DNA from: Tubiluchus corallicola
Taxonomy: Eukaryota; Animalia; Priapulida
Assembly: GCA_030141605.1 (NCBI GenBank)
Contig: JAQGDQ010000085.1
Location: forward strand, 434,001 to 498,000
Reading direction: 5' to 3'
Length of the DNA stretch: 64,000 bases
The translations under genes were made by a program, and so were the position numbers. This document shows, one piece after another, positions 14,101 through 29,100 of the stretch (its first letter is position 1; the number at the start of each line of letters is the position of its first letter). The notes beneath the pieces were generated by a model. The model was not told the origin of the DNA. It saw nothing but the letters and a program-made list of their open reading frames with translations, and did not search any database.

Positions 14101-17100
14101 TAAATACGCACATCTTGGATCAGCATGATGATTACGAGTTAATTTTAAAGTGCCTTCAAAATCTATACAACTGCCAAAGTCGGGTGGATTGTGCAATTTT
14201 TCCATGTCTACGGAAGTCTCCACATTGTCCACAAGATGCAGTCCAGTTTTTATGAAATATATTGTGTCACGAACTTTTAGTTCAGCTTCGATTTCTTCAA
14301 TCTAAACGATAAAAATTTAGAGCTAATATGCAAACATCAAAGTTTGATTTTCTGCTTCTATTTCAAATTGTAACAAACTTGTTATTATTGTTTTGTCACT
14401 AACGCTACACGTGTTTAAATATTACTTAGATATTTTTGCATTAAATTTTTTGCAAGTGTAATGTATATATGATTTGTATGTTGTTACACCCAATAAATAT
14501 TAAACATTAAGTTTACCAATTTAGAATCCATGATAATCTATGAAGCTTGAAAAAGTATTGTTTCAGTAATTCATAAGTCATAAAATTCATTTTAAAAAAC
14601 AGACTAAAATGTAAAAATATCAAAGTAAAAGAAAAACATACCTCTTCACCCACATACTTCAACCTAATTTGAACTTTCTCAGCCGGATCTACAGGATAAC
14701 GAGGAGCCAGTAAATGAACCTGTAGCAAGCCCAGGAGCGACCAAGCATGTCCAATACAATGTAATTTATGCAAATTCCTAGGACTAGCATTTTCTAACTC
14801 CCAAAAGTTTTCAAGCTTTTGCATGTCACTATCTAACATCAGAAGAACTGGCAGTATGGACGATGGCAGAAAACCAGTTTTGCAAAGGTCAGTGCAAACA
14901 TCTGTTGCAGACCTCTGAGGTGTATCCCCAACCTGTTGCGAAGTACCGCAATTCAGAACATTCAGTGCTTTTACACATTCAGCAACGTCACTGTAAACGG
15001 CTTTCAACATCATCATGTCATACTTGCTGGAAAGAAATGAATAAATTTCTGAAAAAAGTTATTAAAAACTGTAATCGCCAATAATAATAATAATAATAAC
15101 AATAACAATAACAATTTCGTTTAGGACATATTCCAGGGATAACACCTTAAGTACCTGAATACTTATTTGCAAGGTGGTCCTGATTATTATTACTCGCATG
15201 TTACTTTGATAAACCCACATGCTTGGTCAAAGAACCATAAGTACCATTTTTTAAGTCTTTGATATGACTCGATCAGGAGTTGAACCCGTGACATCCTGGG
15301 TGGGAAGGAAGCACACTACTACTGAACTATACCGCCTGGTCAAGGCTATAGTCATAGCTACACTATCATACCGGTGGCGCCAATATGATCACATTTAATA
15401 GATAACTGATAAAACTTCTTTTCATAAATTCATAAATAAATAAAAAATGCCTTGTAAAAATTGTTTAACATTTGACAAAAGCATCACAGACTGACCTATT
15501 ATCCTTCTGAATGAAGCTCATGTTCTGCCAAAGAAACAAAGAAAGATGCTGCAGCTGACGTCTCTTCTGATGCGCTTGTCCCAAGCTTACTTGGCCGTTA
15601 GGAAAATCAGATCCCTCTAGAAATGACGCTGCGCAATACGTTTGCATGGGGTTCAGCAATGGCACAAATTTCTATAATTAAAACAAAATAAAGAATGCAT
15701 AATGTGGACACAGTAGCTCCATAATGCAAATGTCGCAAAATGGATCTGATCAAAAAATACACCAGCCATTATTCACAGGATAACAGACATTTTTATTAAG
15801 AGTTTTTACTTTTTTGAACATATTCAGTTTCCATGTTTGATTGATATAAAGAATGATTTATAAAAGCTAAATTATGCATCCCTTCCAAATATATGATAAA
15901 ATTACGGAAAAATGCAAAATTTACCGTAGATAAATCGGCGTTGTTTTCAGAAATTTGTTGATTCCACTGTAACAAAGTCAGGACATTGTTATTAACCGTG
16001 TTCAACCACTGGTGCTTGAAATGTTGAAGAAGCAACTCTTGCTTGCATACTTTAAGAAACTCTGCCTAAAATATCACAAGACCAATATGATAAATCATTT
16101 GTAAAAGTATCCTGTAACTCTTAACGAACACAATTTATTCATAAAATCTAGCAAGTACAAGGTAATTTAATAATTCATATGTATACTATGCATAGTATTG
16201 TAGAAGTACCTTATTAAAAGCGGATCTATACTCAGCTAAACTCAGAAAATGCTCCACAGATGCCGGGGTGAAATTCTTAGAAAAGGTTAAGAACTGGGTG
16301 ATTTCATCATCAGAGAAATCCTCACGATTAAGAATGCTTCCTACCAACCTTGCCTGAGTTATGCAGCTTAAGTGGTCCGTAATTGGCCACAAAGGCACCT
16401 AATTAAATAATTACCAGATTAATAATGTGTCACTTTAAGACAACAAACATAACATTTTAAGCACAACCTAAAAAATTTATACAAGCAGTGAGAAGGACAA
16501 AATGACAATGACTGCCAGCCAACTCCACAAAGGCACATTCTTACAAATGCCGGCATTGGTCATACTCTACAAGTGATAGGTAAATAACTATTTTAGCTAT
16601 TTAATGGTTTTTAAAAGTATATACCTACAATGAATAATGCATTGCCAAACAATAAGAGGCTTGTTCATTTACAACTCTCTTCAGCTATTATATCGCGAAG
16701 ACTTAAATGTGTTGTCAGAATGGTTTACACGCATCTCATGTTTCGGCACCATAAGGTAGCAAGACACTAGAGTACTTAAAAGCACTTAATTCATATTCAA
16801 CTATCACAAAATAGCAAGTTAGACGATGCAATCAAACCTCTGAGAGACAAGAATCGGGCATCTTGCACTGCTCTTCTTCATCGGTTTCCATGGCACAGTC
16901 CCTAGACACGATGCTGGCAGCTTCCAATGACGACTCCACCTCTGTAGCAACTTGTTTAGCTACAAAGCAAATGTTACTAATAAAGAACATGATTTCAATA
17001 TTAATTATAAATAAGGTTCGTAAAATTAATTCATATTCCTATTATAAAAAATGACATGCCTTGAACGTTAGCGCTACTAAGCACGTTAACATTGCTTAAC

Positions 17101-20100
17101 TATTTTCCTTCTCTTTTTTTATCTCTGGCCATTTTGTCTTTTTTCTCCTTTTTTCCGAAATGTAGACATTAACCCAAAAACAGAATTAAATTTATGTTAA
17201 ATAAACTTAAATGATAATGAATAAAATGGAGATGAAAACCGATGCCTACCCCATTCAGATATTTCAAATCTACTGCACATTAATGCAGAGAACAATAGCT
17301 GCTTGACTCTTGAACCTTCTTCAGATAGTAGAAAACGAATCCGCGAATTGATATCAACTGACTCAAGAACATCCGACAAAGTCAAATATTGCGACAAGCT
17401 ACAAATAAAAAATTCTATAATCACAAAAGTCATTTTAGCAACATGCTTTACACCTGGTACTTAATACATAGTTTGCCTACAAAGTTTCACGTGTTTACCT
17501 GTCCAGTGTGTATAAAATCATCAATATTTAACTAAACGACAATCCACCAACCTTAACAGTCCATGAAATACTTCAGCGACATCCGAAGATGGAAATGGTA
17601 AAGGTGACCCATATTCGCCTGTAAACTTTGTCAGAGCCTTCAGCAGTTTGCTATTTGTTCCCAACACTTGTTCAACTTTATTTACGACAGTTTTAAGTTC
17701 AGCCGGCATACTGAAGTACATAAAACAAAACAAAGCTGTTAATTTACATGAATTACTTAGATTTGACTGTGCTTGCAAAAATGTTCATTAACCATTGCGG
17801 TTCAATCATTGCCCATTGCGGGTAATGAGTTGGAGACGCTGGACTAGTCGGGATTTGAACCCGAGACCTGGTGAGTTGGAGACGCTGGACTAGTCGGGAT
17901 TTGAACCTGAGACCTGGTATTAACTCTGCCAGCTGAGCTGCTAGTTCAACACGACAGAGCAGACCCGACATTTCCTTCTTGTAGCACACAATCCAACAGC
18001 GCCACCTGTATCCATGACAGGAGAGGAATACTTATGGTATCAACACTTTTGTCAGATTAGCTGGAAATTACCAATATCATTAATTAGTTAGGTTATGATT
18101 TATAAACACTCTGGCAATCACAGACATAATCTAACTAATTAATGACATCGTTAGTTGCATATCATTAATTAGTAAGGTTATGACTTATAAACACTCTGGC
18201 AATCACAGTCACAACCTAACTAATTAATGACATCGTTAGTTGCATATCATTAATTAGTTAGGTTATGACTTATAAACACTCTGGCAATCACAGTCACAAT
18301 CTAACCAATGTGGTTGTGGTTACTTGGCAGCTAATTTGAGAAAAGTGTTAATTTTCTTTGCTTATTCTGTAGAGAAAAGGTGCAGGATTGGACAAAACGG
18401 TACTTTAAGAAAGAGTGAGAAATAATTGGAAATGAAATGAGTTAATTTACCTGGTGTTTGGAAACATGATTGGCAAAGTTTTACTGTAAAACCAATCCCA
18501 GTGAAGTCGAAGGAGAGACAAGTGCTCCTCAGAGCAGTCGACTTCAGAGCAGCAAACTAACCACAAGTATTTTCTCCATTGCATGGCATTAATTTGCTAA
18601 TGAAAAAAACAAAATGTGTCGGGTGTAAAAACACAAGAGTAAGCTTAACTACCACATGAACATGTCCAAAATGGATACGTACTAATCAAACTACACAAAT
18701 CAGTTGCGAATAGTAAAAATTTTGATATTTTTTTGAGTAACTGATAAAAAAATGATACAACAGTACCGTTTCCATGCATTCTTGGGTGAGCGAGTTCATC
18801 TCATTCAACACTTTTATCACAGCTTCATTGAAACGCAAGAACAAAGCTGACAGATGATTAACTACAGGATGGGGTAATCTAGGATCATCCCTGGGAATTG
18901 TACCTACAAGAATTTGTAGCAGTATTTTACCACTAGACCACTAGACACCACAATCTTCACTAGAAAAGCTATACATGTTAATACCAGACATCTAAAATTG
19001 TTACAGTAATTTACTATACATACCATTAGTAATTAAGTAGCGCAATGCAACAAACTAATATTAACAGGGCGAGAATTTCGATGCAAATCCCTATTTGTAT
19101 AAATATTCGCGCTAATGCCCATTACTGGTTAGACTCACGCATGTGTTACCTGACTGTTAAAAAAATAAAGAGATACTGGCATTAATCTGGCTTTTTTGCC
19201 TTGCACTAGCAGGTACACAGTTGTGCTTGCGAGCTTACTTTATTACTTCACAAGTGTCTTGGGTGCATTGTGCTTTGCATTCAGAGTTGCATGTAAACAT
19301 TCTAGGGATCTATGCTAATTGCCAAGCCAACAGGAACACAAACTCCATGTAGACGGTGTAAAGTTCGGAAACGGCCAATTAGTCAAGTTATCAGTGTCGA
19401 GCGTAAATTTAGAGCAATTCTTGTTTAAGATGCTTGTTATGTATACACTTCTTGATGAAGGGAATGATGATTGTGGCTCACTGACAAAGAGAAGATTCAA
19501 AAAAATTCTAAATGGCTAGGAAACTGAAGGATCTAAACTAGGTCTCATTCTGAAAAAGATGTCAGTACTGAGAGTGATTAATTCTTATCCTAAATCACGT
19601 TAATTGAAATTCAATCTTCACTGTTTTAATAATTTTAACTCATCGTACTTGGTCTATGTGATTTAGATCTTCCTTCTCTTTAGATATGATTTAGACATCA
19701 TAAAATGTCACTGCAAGAATCTGCCTAGATTCTGGCAAAATATAACGAAAATCTGGCCGTGGTTATTGACTACTAACATGTCATTTATAAACTTCTAAGA
19801 TAAGACAAGCGATTATGCACAATTATGACAATATTTAAAAAAATGATTAATCATTTAAGAGTTTTTTTATTAAAAGAGCACACATCAAAATAAAAATTGG
19901 TTTTTTCTAAAAAATTCCATAAAGCAGCCATTTGCATGACAGGCTGCATGACAGCTTCAAAAAACCCACTTTGTTAAAATGATTTACCTTCATCTAGAGC
20001 TTGAGAAATCCGCATGAAAGATCCTTGAATGTGGGAAAATTTCTTCTTTTTCCGTCTCTTTGATTGAAAATTAGCTTGGTGGTTTGCACCGAGCACAAGG

Positions 20101-23100
20101 GAGTCAAGAAATCTTTGCTGCGTAAATCTCATCAGGAGAAACACACTAAAACCAGAGTTAAAGATGTAGAATAAATATGTGAGCCATCTAGTCTAGTCAA
20201 CAAGTTTTACTGAAATGAAACTATTGCCAAAATGGCAAAGACATATTTTTCCATAAATTCATTCTTTTCCCTGGAGAAAATTATCTTTTTATTTCATTTT
20301 ATCAAGACTATCCTAAGAAGTTACATTTAGTTTCTGAACCATTTAAAAAGCAAGAGGTGACAGGTAATTTAAAAAAGCTAAACTCGAAATAAAACATTGT
20401 CTTCCAAATACGTCAATTATGCCTAAAAATATCGATATTATTCACAAATTAATTTACAAAAAAAAGGTTGTTTCAACCTGACATTGTTTTTGTTTCAGAG
20501 AAATTTTTAAAAGAGAAGCAGACATTATTATATAAACAACGGCACAACGATTAATGTTAGTCTTCTGAATTGACTGACTGAAATGAACTTACTTCCTGAA
20601 TGCCATTGTCATCTTATCAATAACACCCATTGCATGCGGAATGTTGATTGAAATGTGGTTAACTAACTGAATGTTAAGTCGCATGTCCATAGGCTGATAA
20701 ATCAAGTCAAACTCATCTGTTTAGAATAATAAATCAATGAAGTTAGAATATATATGTATAGAGAGAGAGTTTCCAAAATCGTGCACGTTTAATCCTAAAT
20801 TTAATATTTAAAAATGAAACCTAAGTTAGCATAAGCATCCACATGGTTTTTACAATAAAATAAAATAAGAAACAGTATTTTCATACCTGTTAGAGCACAT
20901 TTGTGACTTGTTATGAGATTTGCTGCAACTGACTGAAATGCTGTTGTACATATTTGATTAGCAACTTCTATCATTTGTTGTCCAAGAAGTGTGTCATTTT
21001 CGCTGTGCTGTTCCTCAACTGCCTGTTGCTTCACTAAATTCTCAAGCCATACCTGTCTCAACTGGAATAAAAAAAATGCATCTTGAATTTTATACAAACG
21101 AATGCAAAAATGAATCAGCAACTTCGTTACAATATCAAGCTTTTGGCCAATTTGGAAGACCTACCTACCTTGCATTATAATGGCATTATCATATAACCCA
21201 CCAACTACCTACCCCTTATATTGATATAGGGATATGGGACAAGTTATAGTGTGTCCTTTTTAGTTGTGAGCAATTGAGGAAGTTTATCTCAAACAAACAC
21301 AGTGAACCGAGACTCCACAGAGAAATTGACAAAAAACGTCAGCCTACTGGGATCTACGCAAAATGGCTGCGCCCTTGTAGCATCATCTGCTGCTGGCACG
21401 CACGTGTGAAAAAAGCGTAAGTCAGATATTGTATGATGACTAAATCACTTACCTGCTTTCTGTTATAATGGCGTTACCACATCTCCTGCCACCTACCTAC
21501 CCTACACTTGATATCGTTACATGTGGACGGTCTCTATACAACGACAGCATTTTGAGGTCACAATAATGACAATGTATTTGATGCAAAAACTTATACTTAC
21601 ATTCCAATCACAATCGCTTGAATGTTCCAGGAACACTAGCAGTGAAAATATCAGTAAATGATTAATCATTCCTGCAGAATACAAACACGCATTGTCCGGA
21701 GTGTATTTGGACACTAAGAAACTCAACAAAGCGCCATCTCTCTGCACTGTACTAAGCATAGAATTTAAAGAGATCCTTTTGATAGAGGGTAAGGGGTACG
21801 GCCATACACCAGCTTCATACAAAGACGCTGGATCATCAAGAAACTGATGAACATCAACTGGCTGCATCAGATGAAATTCAACTATTTCTTTTGCTCTCTG
21901 AAATCAAAATTAACATATAAATCAATAAAATCTAAAAGTTTCTTGCCTTCGTTGAAAATGACTCAATATCTACAAATCATATAGCAACTGTTATTTGTCA
22001 TCCAAAACAATATTTATAAGTTGTTATGATTAAAAACAATTACTATTTAATTAGTTGTATTATTAAGGAATGTCTACAACAAATTGTGAGAAATCATAAC
22101 ATAAATATAAACATTATAAACATAAACATAAGTACCTTCTTTTTGTCAGTACTCATCTGGTTTCGGACATACACGTCATTAGAAGCATTGTACAAGGAAT
22201 TTGAAAGTGAGTATCCATGACGAAGATACTGTACTGTTAGCTTAGCTGACTGCAGCAAATCGATCAACGTTCCAGAACTATATATGTCCTCTTTTATAGC
22301 ACTATTCAAAGATATTAACTTATTGCATGTCAACTTTCCTTCTAAGCCAATGTTATGTAACATTAGTTTAGTGTCGAAGTCATCGAATAATTCACTGTCA
22401 GCTTCCTAGACAAAAGACAGGCAAAAATATAAGCACCTTCGAAGAATTCTACCTCAAAAACATGCATACATCCCTTTATTAAAGCATGTCAAAAAGTTTT
22501 ATCCCAAAAAGTTTTATGAAAAAATTTCCTGCTTTTGAAAATAGATATTTTTTTAACTTGAGCTTAACCAGTCATTTTGGAGCCAAACCCCAAGCACATA
22601 AAAACTTGAACACTGAACAGTAGGAGAAAACAAAAAAGAGACGGAAAAAAGAGAGATAAAGATAGGAAAAGAAAGATGGTGGGGTTCTAGTACAAACACA
22701 AAATACTAGCATTGTAACGATGTTTAAAAATTGTGTATCATTAAGTCATAACCTGAAAAAATTAATCCCACAAGTACAGAAAAAATTATGAAAAAACTTG
22801 GTGCACAAAATACAACAAGTCATAAAGTGATGCTTTCATTTCCATGCTACTAAAACTGCAGCTAAAATTTAATGTATAACAGTGAATAACCAAATTAACA
22901 GCTACCACATACCTGTCCCAAAATGCAGATCTCAACACCTCTGTTTCTCATAGCACGAGATATTTCACCATGCTTCGGATCCATTGCAAATATCAGCCTG
23001 AAATCTGGGTGAGGTTTCACTGTTGGTATTTCTCCATTGATGACGCCACGTTCATTGATGCTTAGCACACCCCCAGGTTCAAGCAGGCCATTGAGCCGAT

Positions 23101-26100
23101 CCAGAACAGAAGCACTACATTTCAGTAAAATTTCAGTGAAACACAATATCAATTATCAAACAGTTTTACTGCAACCAGAAGGCCATCCATTTCTAACACT
23201 TTTGAAAACAATTAAATTTGCTTCCAGGCAAACAGCATTTTAAATATAGGTGGAGATCATGGAAGCAAGCAGCTTCGATATTGAATAAGATGCAAGAATT
23301 TTCAGTGTTAACAGGACACATATTAAGAGTTTTATTAGCACAAATATAAATTTTTCCTGTAACTTAACTAAACTGTTCAGATAATTTTGTTTTACCTAGT
23401 TCACATGTGTTACAAAACTGTTATCATTATATCATTAGAATTATACTATTAAAAATTATTCTAATAATAAAAAACGAGTAGGGATGCACAGGATCCACTT
23501 TTGCACGTTCCAGATCAGATCCGTATCTGTGGGCCGGATAGAATTCGGGATCCCACTGTACATTCCCGGAACGATATTTCATTTGTTTAGCCTTTTGTTC
23601 ATGTGGTTGCGTCGTATGTCCATTATCAAGGTAAATGAGTAATTGTAAGTGAAACACTGCAAGCGTTGATTTACTGTAATTTTGAACGCTTGATCCACCC
23701 CGGCTTAAACTAAGAAACCACCAAACCGCTTTTACAGAGAGTAAACGGCTCTAAACTTTTAGCAGACTATTTTGCAGCAACACTATCTTTGGCACTATTC
23801 GCTTCAAAGAATCACAGCATAAAGATTGCTGGTATCACTTGTGCTACAAGCATGGGCATGGCGGCATAAAAACTAATCAATATTTTCGTAAATTTCTAAA
23901 GATTTTAATATAAATCTTTCAAATTCTTTAAAAAAAATTAGACTGTTCAGGTAGTTAAACTGTTTTGTATATTTTTTCCTTACAAGCTCTATTTTTGTTC
24001 ACAACTGGTGTGCAATTGGTACTTCGAACAGTGCAAAAAATTAAAATCACTGGATATCGGTACATCTCTAAAAAAGAGGTCCATAAAAATCAACCACAGG
24101 CATGCTACCTGTCCATTATTTACAAAATATTACTAGTCTATCTACTAACTTGCAAAAGTTGACGTTGTCCACTAGCAACCAGTCACCATTCTCAAGAGCC
24201 TTCACTAATATGCTGTCAACCCATTCAAACAATCCTCCACCACCACTTGGTCCTTCAGCGTCCAGCTTGGCTTGTAATGATATCAGCTGATACTGCAGGG
24301 CCTCAACTTTCTCTGTAATAATTAAGCAGATATTACAAAAGTCGTATGCTCAAAAACCCAACAATACAGTTTTTTCCGTTTTAAAGATAGGATCCTAAAT
24401 AATATGAGGCAAACATTATAAATGTACTTTGAATGAAAATGTTTAAAATGAATCCACTTTAGTGACGTTAGCAGGTTTATTGATGTTTTTTAAAATATGT
24501 GAATTTAATAGCACATTATCAGTAAATACATATTTGTTTATAAAGCAGCAATGAAATACATGTATGACACTAGTATGTTTATGAAAATGCATAGAACTAA
24601 ATGAAAACTAATAAATGCCAAACAAAATAACTCATTTAGTTCAAAGAAAGGCTACAATTACAGGATAAAATAAGCAAATCTGTTTAAAGGTTACATAATG
24701 TGCATCTATACTTAATTAATTACAAATAAGTAAAAATAAATGCAAACTCCATGAATCAATACAATGTTTTATCTATAATCAGAAATGGTTATACATATGC
24801 AACAAAAATTGGGTTTTAAATCATGGCCAAAATCAACAAAAAATAAAATAAAATAAAGTGATTTTACGCCACATTATCTCACCCACCTCACTTCTCATTA
24901 GTTGCATGCCACTTATCATTTCCCCCACTCTAACATCACATTATTTTACCTCTCGGAGTCACCCACACCTCCTCACATTAACCGATCTCACCTTACTTGA
25001 CCCCTTTAAGAGTCACCAAACCTCTCCGTACTTCATCCTATCTCCCCTCACCCCACCCCACTTCATCTCACCTCACCTCCCCCATCTCACTTCACCTCAT
25101 CTTATCTCACACTTGACTTCATCTCATCTCAGACTTAAATCTTACTTTTTCTTTTCTCAACAACTTCAATTACCTGTCTTTATATAGCAAAGACAAGGAA
25201 AATTATTGTAGACAATGTTCAACTTGCACAAGGTCATCCAACTACTGTAACAAGCAAGAAAAACCTCCTTGCATTTTCATTTGATGGACAAAGCTATCAG
25301 ATGGACACCAGTCTACAGAGATATGTCTTTTGACAATACTTTAAGGAAAAACAATCTGATACGAAATACAATAAGTATACTTATTACTTAACTCTGTTCA
25401 TTCAACAGTGCCTTTGTAACAGACACACAAGCAAGAAATCTCATTACTTTTCAACCACAGCTGTGTTAGTGCATTCTTTTTCAAATAATTAACAAGCTTT
25501 TCTTTTACAAAGCATTGACAGAAACATTATACTAACCTCTGAATGTGAATGTGTCGACTTTATCCGACAAATGCACCATAATCTCCAATAACACATGAAG
25601 GAGCTTGAACTGCTTTTGTATGTTTGCATGTCTATCCGTCTTGCTCAGATCATAAGCTGAAATCAAAAAGGCACAAATGAAATGAACTTGGAAGTACGTA
25701 AAACAAAAGCAAATGTTAAAATGCCTACATTTCTCAACCAACCATACTTGGGCTACGGATTCTTCACGTTTTTTAAACGGACATCAACAAACGGCAAAGA
25801 AAAACTATTTAAGATGCGAGATATTTTGAAAATAAACTTTCAAATAAAATAGAAGCACAAAAAATTAAGAAACCACTACATGCAAAATGACATGTTACCA
25901 GATTTTTTGAACAGCCGAAAATTTTCCCATGCAGTTGTTAGTTCTTCTGCCTCAGTCAGTTGTGGCTTTTGTTCCTCTAGCAGTAAATGGCGCAAAAGTT
26001 CTTCATACACAGCCTGCACGTTGGCTACCAATTCCTCCACATATCTGTTTGGATCCGCCTGAAATTATTTAGTTAGTTATCTTTAATTAACTAAGCAAAT

Positions 26101-29100
26101 TAGTTAATTATTTTTAATAAAATGTTACTGACCAGAGAAAAAAGGGTGTAGCTGCAAGATAAGTAAATCCAGTTCCTGGTTAGAATTACAGTAGATGGCA
26201 AAACCAACAAGAAAATTGGTTAAAACTTCTTAAAATTAAGCCAGTTTTTGTGAATTCAAAAAATTAACTGAACTTCTCATGTCCTACAAAGTCAAGACCA
26301 AAGTATATTCACCAGGCGTTCTTATTAGAGCAATTTAACCCAATCAACAGAAAAAAAAGAACTACAAAAAGCTAAGTATGGTTTAAAATCTTTCCAGTGG
26401 TGTTAACCACAATGTGATGTTTAGGAACTAATACGCCTGGTTTAGAAACATGTAATTTCAAACACTTTGCCACAGACAGTATTAATTTGCCCCAAATTAC
26501 TTAAATATTGGAAATACAGTGCTCTGTTCTAGCTAGAAGCACATGACCCAGTGACTAAGCCGTATTCTCCTACAACGTAAAAGCAAAAAGTATTTACTAT
26601 GATTTTACTGCTGATACACGTGTCTGATCGTGAGAAGTGACTTGCGCTATTTACTCTTCAAACAGAAACAAATCAATGACAAATGGAGTTAGAGCAACAC
26701 TTTACACTGCAATAGTGGAAAATTCTTTGTGGGGCATAGCCAGTCCTGGGTGTGCAAGAGCTCTCTTCTCTGCAAGAAATGAATTCCTTCTGAGTGTCTC
26801 TGCAATGGGTCTTGGTGAATTTGTGTCTGACCACTGCAATTATGATTGGCAGATTATGATTTTAATCTCAATTCTTGACTCTGATGCTAGGATGCTAAAG
26901 TAAATCAAGGCTGCAAAAATGTGTTTATAAAACAAATCAAAATTTTTCTTTTAAAGAATATCAATATCAAATAAAGAATATCGCTTTATTTTGCATAAAT
27001 GAAGTGTACAAATACTTAAGGAGTTCAGTGTGATTGTGTGATCAATGTTCTGAAGCTGTCTTCTAACAGATGCATATTGTTTGGCCATTTTTTCCGGATC
27101 AATGTGAACAATGTTCAGTGGTTTGTTTCCCATGTGAGAAAAATTCAGTAGTCCTGAGTAAACAATGTCTAAAAAGTTGGAAACCCTGGACTATGCAGTT
27201 ACCTAATGAAGTGCTTCCTGCTTCAGTAGGGTAACTTGGACGCAAGAAGCCCCCTTAAGGAAATATATTTGGTGTTTATAGACTTTAAGTACATTTTTGT
27301 TTGAAATCTGATGTAATACTTGACAGATATATTCAGTACTTGTGTGTCAGTGAAAGACTGTCAGTTAGTGTTCTTAATACCTACTGAAAGGGCTTTTTAC
27401 CCCATGTTCCCCTACTTGCCAGTCTATAAATTACATTTAGTGTGAAAATGTTCAGTATCTATTTAATAGAGACAGCAATCACGTAATGATCGTCACTGGG
27501 CAGGTTAAGTAAGTAGGTAGGCAGGTAGGCAGGCAGGCAAGCAAGCAAGAACTTTATTTAAAGTCGATTTTGAGGCACATAAAACATAATGACTATTGTC
27601 ACCAACTAAAATTAGAACAATTATTATAAAAAAAACTAATAAAAACAAACAACACCATACAGAAGTAAAAATAAAGACTGGTTTTTGAGCCTACTTATAA
27701 ATTTGAAAACATATAATTAAGATAACTAGGTTCAATTAAGTACGTCAAAGCATTGGAGAAGGAATAATGTTTAGTGACTGATTTCTTGGAGGCTGCTCAA
27801 CTGCCAAGTGAATTTAATGGGTTAGTGTGAAACTGCGATCACCGATGGGTTTCATTGAGTGTGCTCACTCAAAGCGCTTTGACATTGAGCATGGCTGACT
27901 TCCCAAAGTCGCTTCCACAAAGTCAGCTAATGAAAAGGTTCTGAAGAAAAATAAAGAATTTTTTAGACTTAAAGGACGTTTGACTTTCTTCACTGAATAA
28001 CTTTCCGCGCACCGTTACTTAACGAATCTATTGTGAACAGCTTTGCACACCACTATGTGCAGACTTTAGAACAGCAGGGGCTCACCTGAAAAAAGGACAC
28101 TGCCTTAACATTGCCATGCACACATTTATCCAAACAATGAATTAAATTTTCAGTGTAGACAATGCAAACATCGATACTAACTTTTGGCAATCTTTTTCAA
28201 CACATTAAGATTAGGCACTTAGTGAGTTAAAACCAAGAGAGTGAAAGAAATAAGTGAATGGTCAACACAATATAAATTAAGCAATGCATGAGTGACCCAA
28301 CGCACTGCATTTTGGAGGTTCCTTCTGCCACACTGCCTCTGATTATTTACAATGTTGAGGAAAATTTTGCCTCCAAATGTGGCTAAGACTTTCTGTTAAT
28401 TCAGGATCTCATGCTAGAGGATATCTTTGATAATAAGTTAAGTTCCAACCCCACTGCAACCAATTCTTCAGCCACTGAGTGCTGCAGGATCACAGTTTGC
28501 AGAGTGCCAAACTGCATAAAGAAGACATGAAAAAATGTTCACACTTTAACAGTGGACGTCTGGCGTTTCGCTGAGCTAAAACTTTTAGTGTGAACAACCC
28601 TTAATGCCTAACTATTATGAAAGTGCGATGCCTAAGCGGTTACACCACTTGGCCACGATACAGAGGTTCTGGGTTCAATTTCCACTCATGTCTGCGCTTA
28701 TCAGCTATTTATCGCTCGACAAGGGTTTTCTGGCCGTCTTTGGGGAAAAAGGTGACCGAGCGATAGCCTAGCCATCACTAAGTGCCAAGATCTCGTAACA
28801 AAAAACTATCTATCCCTATCTATCGTCAGAGGCATGGAAATCATAAACTACAATTATTTTTTATTTTTCTCCTTCTGTTTCTTCTTCTTCAACTATTTAG
28901 CTTAGCTTGTCATAAGCTTCTTGAGTAATCTTCAACGCTCATGTAACGCTAGCTGCGCAATTCGTCATTTTGATTAGGGTTCGCGAATTAAAACCCAACT
29001 TCAGAAATCTTCCGTTTCGATGAGCACCGCCAGTCAGTATCGATTGATTTTATATATATGGAGAGTTTGTGACAGTGATATTGGACAGAGTTAGACGCTG

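Noticed and set aside
19315-19550. Overlapping 61/66-aa ORFs, a minus-strand acceptor-like TTTTTCAG, and plus-strand ATGATGA...CTGA
   Set aside because: The flanking MDN1 exons join in phase without it; no recognisable homology; the C/D-like boxes are antisense to the host and have no guide
24858-25187. 109-aa H/L/T/S/P ORF
   Set aside because: Low-complexity CTCAC repeat
26637-27133. 88-aa and 60-aa ORFs; HIDPEKMAKQYASVRR faintly resembles a hAT transposase C-terminus
   Set aside because: Too short and decayed to assign; no termini found
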